DNA of 32,000 nt from Wallemia ichthyophaga EXF-994. Its lineage: Eukaryota > Fungi > Basidiomycota. Under the pieces are notes generated by a model, which saw only the letters and a program-made list of their open reading frames with translations, made no database searches and had not been told where the DNA came from. A program made the position numbers and the translations under genes. Location: assembly GCF_000400465.1 (NCBI RefSeq), contig NW_008806275.1:489656-521655 (forward strand), written 5' to 3'. Positions 23,522 through 32,000 of the stretch are shown here, piece after piece. Position 1 is the first letter of the stretch; each line of letters opens with the position of its first letter.

Positions 23522-24765
23522 CCTACACACCACGTGCCAAGCTAAACACGCTACACGATCATGCCAGTGCATGCCAGTCATATCTGAGAATTCACAACGT
23601 ATCGCATACTAATTACTTCCCCAAATCACCCTCTTGTTGTAATAGAGACTTTAATTTCGGCACACCGCTACATCACTATTAATAACGAATCATCCGTGCG
23701 TAGAGTGTTGTGCGTTGTGCGCAATACAAGCGAGTCAGAAAAATGCGATGAGGGGTTAATTATTTGTGTCAAAGCTGCTCAATTGTTACTCAGAGATTGA
23801 TTTATAAGAATACTCGACAGCTGCTATTATTACTCCGATCATGTGATTACTCGATGTAATTATCCGATGCATGGGCACATTCGTTGGGATCACACTACTT
23901 TTATAAAGAAGTCTTATTCTTGTAAGGAAAACGTCTCCGGTATTTCTGATTTGAAAGGTCACTCTGTCGAAAATTTCTGCCCAGTCTACTCAGAAAAAGG
24001 ATAAGCAAATGCGGAGGTGATCGCGTACTACCAATATAAAGATTTTGGCTAGATCAATGATCTAATGGGATCTAAAGCATACTAGCTAGACTTTTATATC
24101 TGCACTCCGCTCAATATCCATTTAGATGAATTTCCCCACTACCACCTATCTCATCTCAGATGTCTGATTTACGAGTTTTGATGATCTCCAAATAAGAGAG
24201 CTTCAAAAATAGACCCGGATGAACTCTACAAGATTTTTCCAGAATTGCATCCCTGAGCCTCCATGTGCGCCCTTTAGGCTGTTCGGAAGTTGTGATTTGA
24301 CTTCGCTCTGTATCACGCTATAGGACAGATAACGAGGATTCCACGTGCTTCGTAGTTTACAACAAAGCTTTCTGACTTACTGAGATCGCATAAATTCAGA
24401 GATCTCAAGTACTCATACTTCTATATACGATATACATTTTCCGATACTTAGCATCCACAGGACTCAATGCTTGCTCCAGGGAACAAGTAATGACATTAAG
24501 TAATCTTACACGTCTGGCTCAACAAGATGTATTTCGAAAAATTGAATGATGCCAGTGATGGGATGCATAAGGCAGCATTGAAATCTTAGAGGTCGGCATA
24601 GTACAAAATAGCATGCACAGACGCCAAAAATGGCATATATATTTCGACGGTCACAGAGCTCTATAGAGGCTAGCAAGTGCAATGACAAGGTCAATATGCT
24701 CATGCATGTATTAAAAAACATGTACTCGGTTGACTTGTTTTTGTTACAGGAAACCAACTGTTTGA

Positions 24766-25700
24766 TCAGGTTTTAATATATGAAAGTACATCTGGAATAT
24801 TTTGCACGTAATTTATGTTTGATAGCACGTCTTGTTGAAGCGGTTTATGATACTCTGCTCTATAGAAAAGTAAAGGATGCATTCCAGCGTGCATCGCTCC
24901 CAGGTAGTCGCTGCGAGGGTTAGTTAACTCAGTCAGGTACGCAACGATCAGACACACGCTTTGTATTCATCACCCACGAAAAGAACCTCCTCCGGACGTA
25001 TGTTTGAGTGAAGAGCGTGTTTGAATATGTTAATATCCGGTTTCTCGCAGCCGACGTTATACGACAGGCTAATTTTGTCGAAAAAGTGACGTAGGTGAAG
25101 AGATTCAAGTACAGATACTGCGATTAGAGTAAGATGCGCACTTATTACTCGCAACACACCCACCTATTCTCTCATCGGAATTGGATACCAAACCGCATTT
25201 TAACCCAGACTTTTTTATGGATGATACTGCAGGCGTGGATCGATTCAGTTGCGACTTTGTGCCTTTTAGCCCCTCTCACGTGTTTCATAGGATCCTTCAA
25301 ATGGCTCATAACCTTCCGAGCTTGCGAATCGAGTAAGTAGCTCATTCTGAATAACTTGCAGAGAAGTATTATTAACTGGAATCGCAGTAATGAGCTTGAG
25401 TCACTTGATTGGCACTCAGAACCCACTGTCTGCTACGCTGACGTTATCCTCTATCACCATTCTGATAAGAGTAGACCACCATTGATTGGGTGTCCAGGCA
25501 ATACTCTTGCCGTAGTTACTAGCCTTCTCGTTCAATTGTACAAACGCAACTTTAAAGGAAGACTTGATGACGTCTGGATTGATATTGATTCCGTGTTTGT
25601 GGAAAACATGGGCGTATTGATTAGGTATGGGCTGCCTGGGCCTGAGAATCGTGTCAAAGGCATCAAACAGAACCATCCTAGTCGTCGTAGCCGCCTTCAT
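24766..25700 (-). CDS. HAD-IA hydrolase, HDHD3/YMR130W-like (~245 aa, 5 exons)
   Basis: Exons 25427-25700, 25280-25375, 25164-25226, 24958-25117, 24766-24910. Motif I LFDAFDTI, II VSNSD, III EKPD, IV FVGDEYKADYLGA; LLTRFASSEGY. Confidence 0.9.
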
Positions 25701-25843
25701 TGTATTTTTTCAAGCAGGGGAATCAAAGAAGCAATGAAATATAAAACCATTTTTATTACAATGATAAAATCATTCCATCCCCCCTCTAACTAACCCTACT
25801 ATCGTGCGCTAGCTCAACTTTCGCTAACTCGGCCCACGATGGT

Positions 25844-26740
25844 TTACTCCCAAGAGGATTGTTGGGCAGCGGTACCTTCTTGGACAGCGGTTGGTTCAGC
25901 AGCCCAGTCGGTGGTACCGAGGGTACCATCAGCAGCCCAGTCAACGGCATCGTTTGATTGGATACCTGCGGCGACGGTTGGGTCAACAGCGCCAGCTTGA
26001 GCAGCACCTTGAACATCCCATTCAGGGATGGCAGTAGCGCCTTCAGCCTCAGCATCAGCGTTACGACCTTCACCGGAAGAAGCGATGACCTTGGCTTCAG
26101 CGAGAGCAGCTTGCTCAGCCTCGACTTCTTCTGGAGCGCGGTAGAAGAACATGTCTGGCATAATGTTCCAGTTCTCAGATCTGGAGATGGTGCCTCTGAG
26201 ACGGAGAACTTCACGTGCAAGTAACCACCAAATCAAACCAATTGAGTGACGACCCTTGTTGTTGGTTGGGATAGCAACGTCGACAAACTTGAGAGCAGCG
26301 TCAGTGTCACAGAGAGCAATGACAGGGATGTTGACGTAAGCAGCTTCACGGATAGCTTGGTGATCGACGCGTGGGTCAGTGACGATGATGAGACGTGGCT
26401 CCTTGAATGATCTGGTGATGTAGTTGGTGAAAGAACCAGGAGTGAATCTACCAGCGATAGCTTGAGCGCCAGTTTGAGCAGCGAACTTGTGAACAGCACG
26501 TTGACCGTATGGACGAGAAGAAATGACAGCGACATCATTTGGGTTCTCAACAGCAGCGATGATTCTTGCAGCCAACATGAGCTTCTCCCAGGTCTTACCC
26601 AAGTTGATGAGGTTGATACCATCCTTACGGGTTCTCCAGACGTATGGCTCCATGGCCTTTTCAACGTTCTTAACGCCCATGTGGCAGTGGGCGGCTAAGA
26701 GAAGGCTAACATCATCTGAGGTCATTTGGAGAGCAGACAT
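25844..26740 (-). CDS. RPS0: 40S ribosomal protein uS2 (SA/S0), 298 aa
   Basis: [83 protein letters not shown]; strong codon bias. Confidence 0.98.
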   Translation of the reverse strand: MSALQMTSDDVSLLLAAHCHMGVKNVEKAMEPYVWRTRKDGINLINLGKTWEKLMLAARIIAAVENPNDVAVISSRPYGQRAVHKFAAQTGAQAIAGRFTPGSFTNYITRSFKEPRLIIVTDPRVDHQAIREAAYVNIPVIALCDTDAALKFVDVAIPTNNKGRHSIGLIWWLLAREVLRLRGTISRSENWNIMPDMFFYRAPEEVEAEQAALAEAKVIASSGEGRNADAEAEGATAIPEWDVQGAAQAGAVDPTVAAGIQSNDAVDWAADGTLGTTDWAAEPTAVQEGTAAQQSSWE

Positions 26741-26742
26741 GG

Positions 26743-26792
26743 CTGAGAATGTTTTGTGAGATTTAGATTTTTGTATTTCCTTCTTTTCTCAC
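26743..26792 (-). other. Putative 50-nt 5'UTR intron of RPS0
   Basis: GTGAGA donor at 26792; CAG acceptor ends 2 nt before the ATG; no ATG in the upstream exon. Confidence 0.65.
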
Positions 26793-27118
26793 CTGTTTTC
26801 TTCTGGTCTTGGTACGGGAGCAAGAAGTCAATTCTGCCCAAAATCTTCTGAGCTCGCTTCGCGGGCAACAAAAAAATTATAAATTTAGCAAAAATTGGAG
26901 CCGATTTTGAGGAGATTGCAAGGATTGTGATGGATTGTGGATGATTCTATTCTCATCATATTGTGCTATGTGCTGTGTGCTGTGTGTGCTTATAAGAGGC
27001 GTTTTGGGGAATGGTGCTGTGAATAGCCATAGAGATTTGTATACAGATTCTAGTATTGTAAAGTACTTGAAAACACTTGAATTATCCCAGTCTCCCCTCT
27101 TAGACCACAACGACCAAC

Positions 27119-29632
27119 ATGATTACGTCAAAACACCCGGAAGATAAGGAGAAGTCGGTTGGAAAAAGGAAATCATTCGCTACAGAACCCAGGCCAGATT
27201 TATTCTCAACGCCTGATGAATATTACGATACTAATGATAAAGTTATAAACAGGACTAGAACGCTGTCTATTTCAAATATGGAATCTAGGCGCAATAGACC
27301 AAATTCAACGATCCAAAGGAGATTGAGCCATGGTGAGTGGCGTTGTCTGTTTAATTCATCTCTCTAAGCCATTTCAGATGAACCTTCAAACATCCCGCGT
27401 AGATTCTTAGTAAACGTTAATGACACTTTAAATGTTATCTTGGAGCAAGAAGATTTAGACAATAACTCTCAAATCTCAATCACCGACGCTGGCCCAAAGT
27501 TATTTCAACTTGGCACTGCTTCGTCTAACGGCTACAACGCTTTCGATATTAGAGGCAACTACATGCTCTCAAACCTTCTCCAAGAACTTGCAACCGCTAA
27601 AGATCAAGGCCGCTCCCAAATTCTTCTCGACGAAGCAAGACTCGCTGAAGATCCTCTCCAGCGTCTCAGCAGGATGATTAAGTTCACTTTCTGGTCAAAT
27701 CTTACACGCTCTATCGACAAAAAAGGTCTCGAGAAGGTGATCTCAGACCCTAAAGATAGATCTGGCGAGAAAAGTCCCCTTATTTACGTTCCAATCGACG
27801 CTCCTCATATATACGACTATTATGTAAAGTTGGCGCAGGAAAAACCACAACTCAACCTTCGTGTTGAAATGCTACCAGCACACCCTGACAATCCCGCTTT
27901 TGTTCGCTCAATTAGCACAAAACCTGGTCTCTTGGCTTTAGAAATGCGCGAATCCTCAAATGGTCAACTCGAGGGCATTCCCTTTGTTGTTCCAGGTGCG
28001 AGATTTAACGAAATCTACTATTGGGATAGCTACTTCATGGCTTTAGGGCTCATATCTGACGATCTCATTGATCTCGCTCAAGGCATCGTCGATCATTTCG
28101 TTTTTCAGATTCGCCATTATGGCAAAATACTGAATGGGAATAGGAGCTACTATTTAACACGCTCTCAGCCACCCTTCCTCACCGATCTTGCGATGCAGAT
28201 CTACCACCGTCTGCCTGACGACACGGAAGCTGAGAGGGAATCCAACAAGCAATGGCTTGCGCGTGCAATAAGAGCTGCTATCAAGGAGTACCACAATGTG
28301 TGGATGTCTGAGCCCAGATTAGACCCTGTTTCCGGTTTATCGAGATTCAGACCTCCATCTATCGGCATCCCACCTGAAACTGAGCCTTCGCATTTCTTGC
28401 ACGTTCTTGAACCTTTCGCTGAAAAACACGGTATGGGGGTTGATGAGTTTATTACTAAATACAACAACCAAGAGGTTAAAGATAGCGAGCTTGATGACTT
28501 TTTCTTGCACGATATAGCTATTAGGGAAAGCGGACATGATACGACTACTAGATTTGAAAACTGCTGCGCGGATTTGGCAACAGTTGATTTGAATACTTTG
28601 CTGTGTGAGTACTGCTTCTGCTCATGCTCATGCTCATGAAGATTAACCACTGGTACAGACAAGTATGAGGTGGATATTGGTTTCGCAATCAAGGATCAGT
28701 TCGACGACGAGCTGGAGTTGTTTGATGAGTTTGAGTTGACGCCGTCGCCATTCGCCGCCGAGTCCACCGACAGCTCCACGCCAAAGCGCAAATCAACAGA
28801 TGTGACGCAGACGAGCAAACCATGGTTCGAGCGTGCCAAAGGGCGTCGCGCGCGCCTAGACAGATACTGCTGGAACGATGAGGCAGGCAATTACTTTGAC
28901 TACAACACCAAAACGCAGAAGCAGACGACGTTCGAGACGGCGACGAGTCTATGGGCGCTATGGGCAGGTTGTGCGACCGAAACGCAAGCTAAGGCGTTAG
29001 TAGAGAAAGCTCTGCCTCTGTTCGAGGTGATGGGAGGGATAACAACGTGTTCCGAGAGGAGCAGGGGACCTTTAACTCCCGAAAATCCAGCTAAGCAGTG
29101 GGATTACCCTTACGCATGGCCTCCTCATCAGGTTATCGCATGGGTGGGACTCGAGCGCTACGGTTTCATGGAAGCCGCTCAGCGGTTGGCGTATAGATGG
29201 GTTTATATGATGATAACAGCTTTTGTGGATTTTAACGGAACCGTTACGGAGAAATTCGACGCTGTTCGTCTCACTCATATGGTCGATGCTGAGTATGGGA
29301 ACCAGGGGATCGATTTCGATTTCGTGCCTAGAGAAGGATTTGGATGGTCGAATGCGTCTTTCCAAGTAGGCCTGTCGTTCCTCACGAATAGCATGAAGAC
29401 GGCACTTTCAGTTTGTACGTCACCTGAGGTTTACTTCAGTCGTAGAGTGGGTGGTGAGAGTGAGGGATTGGAGAGAGATGCTCCAGTAACTCCTCCCGCT
29501 GTGCTCGCTGCTAAAGGTGACATTGATAGCCTGTATACGGAGAAGGAAGGCGATGCAGAAGCGCCGTTCGCTGATAAGAGGAAGAGAATGTCCATCGATG
29601 TCTCACAAGCCATCAAAGGATTTTCCAATTAA
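27119..29632 (+). CDS. NTH1: Neutral trehalase, GH37 with N-terminal regulatory and Ca-binding region (~804 aa)
   Basis: Exons 27119-27332, 27378-28604, 28659-29632. PKA-type sites (RTRTLS, RRLSH), EF-hand-like DLDNNSQISITD, VPGARFNEIYYWDSYF, GNRSYYLTRSQPP, RESGHDTT, QWDYPYAWPPHQ, GFGWSNA. Confidence 0.96.
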
Positions 29633-29777
29633 GAGGGGTGCAATTAATGAAGTAACGAATAACGCGACAAACACGATAAGCACAACAAATACAACGAACA
29701 AAGCAAACATATGAATAAAACGAACACTGGTATTGTATGTCTATTTAATCAACAAAAATTTTCATAAACAAATCACA

Positions 29778-30668
29778 TCACACAGGCGGCCGTGGAGTGG
29801 GTTGGATAGTATTTGGGGCAGGCTCAGCTGGAACACTTAAGCTGGGTGTGCGCGTGTGGGTGGGAGTGCTCTGTTGATCCTGTCGTTGCTGCTGTTGTTG
29901 AGTAGCGTCTTCAAAATCCGCTACAGACACACCGGGGACATCTGGTCGAGGAGTGAGGAGGAGTTGAAAAGGAGGTAGTGAGGAGTGTGTGTGAGTGACG
30001 TCGTCCATGTTGATTGGTAATGCATTGTCGGATTCGAGCTGAGCATCCATCCTGTCTAAATCATCCGTACTATTCTGTGTACTGTCTGCACCATTTGCAC
30101 CCCGTATCGTAGTCAACGCAGCGACGAGGTCCTCTGCCAGTGTCTCAGTATTGGGTGGATCCTCTTTGACAGGTTCCCATCCCACAGGCGGGGATCCAGG
30201 AGGGCTGATAAGGAAATTTTTCTCTATGCCAGGAACGCTTAGGAAGAATTCGCTGTGAGTCTTGGTCGATACGGGTGTGGGTGTTGGCGGGAGGGAGAAG
30301 ACGCGCAGAAGGAAGCCGTGGTTCCAAGCGGGGGCAAGAGGAGCGCAGTCTGAGCGAGCCCTGTGGCGTTTGCGGAGGTGTGGTGTGTGTGGTGTGTGTG
30401 GTGTGTGTGTGAGCCCTGTGTGCCCTGTGTGCCCTTTACCCCCCACAGCCAGCCTATCAAGACGATCTTTGCAGAGCTGCGCATCGCCGGCATCCCAGAA
30501 AATTGCTATTGCTCTCCCGAATGAACCAAGCGGTATCCACGAGTAGAGCTCGTTATCGGAGCGCAGCGCGTGGGCTTCGATGGCTGATTTGAGGATATCG
30601 AGGATGTGCGTGTCGAATATGCAGCTGGGGAGATTGGTGAATACGAGTGTGTTGCTGTGGTGCGTCAT
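29778..30668 (-). CDS. RCN1: Calcipressin/RCAN regulator of calcineurin (~296 aa)
   Basis: NTLVFTNLP RRM-like start, WIPLGSFGRAIAIF, signature FLISPPGSPPVGWEPVKEDPPN, C-terminal PTPRPP. First ATG is 30668 (the track's 30704 start is TTG). Confidence 0.92.
   Translation of the reverse strand: MTHHSNTLVFTNLPSCIFDTHILDILKSAIEAHALRSDNELYSWIPLGSFGRAIAIFWDAGDAQLCKDRLDRLAVGGKGHTGHTGLTHTPHTPHTPHLRKRHRARSDCAPLAPAWNHGFLLRVFSLPPTPTPVSTKTHSEFFLSVPGIEKNFLISPPGSPPVGWEPVKEDPPNTETLAEDLVAALTTIRGANGADSTQNSTDDLDRMDAQLESDNALPINMDDVTHTHSSLPPFQLLLTPRPDVPGVSVADFEDATQQQQQRQDQQSTPTHTRTPSLSVPAEPAPNTIQPTPRPPV
30378..30435 (-). repeat. CA-rich 9-bp-period repeats encoding HTGHTGLTHTPHTPHTPH in RCN1
   Basis: Plus strand gtgtggtgtgtgtggtgtgtgtggtgtgtgtgtgagccctgtgtgccctgtgtgccc. 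Confidence 0.85.
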
Positions 30669-30715
30669 TGGCGGTGGTGGTGGTAGTTGAACACTAACTA
30701 TCAACTGACAAGTCG

Positions 30716-32000
<1,285 letters not shown>

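Noticed and set aside
24506-24757. Hydrophobic 83-aa minus-strand ORF directly after the HAD gene
   Set aside because: Non-ATG start, Cys-rich random-looking composition, and it lies in the likely HAD 3'UTR. Not supportable as a gene.
27990-28040. Trehalase motif PGARFNEIYYWDSY differing from the yeast PGGRFNELYGWDSY
   Set aside because: These positions vary across GH37 (YYWDSY occurs in bacterial and animal enzymes), and the catalytic motifs are intact.
27119-30668. NTH1 next to RCN1 as a calcium/stress gene cluster
   Set aside because: They are convergent, share no promoter, and their flanks are unrelated housekeeping genes. Chance adjacency is sufficient.

Overview
Eukaryotic, very gene-dense fungal DNA. 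By hand I reconstructed 17 protein-coding genes (2 truncated by the window edges) and 37 spliceosomal introns, mostly 44-59 nt. The proteins look basidiomycete-like, and the compactness and tiny introns resemble Wallemia (inference, not a database match). Genes in order: partial polyQ protein (-), Mss116-like DEAD-box helicase (+), MSH2 (-), PPR-like mitochondrial protein (+), THOC1/Hpr1 (+), DJ-1 (-), RPN1 (+), UDP-galactopyranose mutase (+), RPA49 (-), orphan FN3-like/coiled-coil protein (+), SEC8 (-), TAF11 (+), fungal membrane protein (-), HDHD3-like HAD hydrolase (-), RPS0 (-), neutral trehalase (+), calcipressin RCN1 (-), partial PRP4 kinase (+). I found no tRNA, rRNA, CRISPR array, transposon or secondary-metabolite cluster, and no convincing new multi-gene system. 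The most unusual signals are architectural. Five head-to-head gene pairs have start codons only 17, 36, 47, 47 and 92 bp apart. MCB-like motifs sit inside the tiny 5' introns of MSH2. About 30% of donors are GTGGGT. A PRP4-kinase exon begins with a perfect donor (AG|GTGAGT). TAF11 carries an AT-hook. One 1.2-kb interval is unexplained. All exon models are manual reconstructions without transcript evidence.
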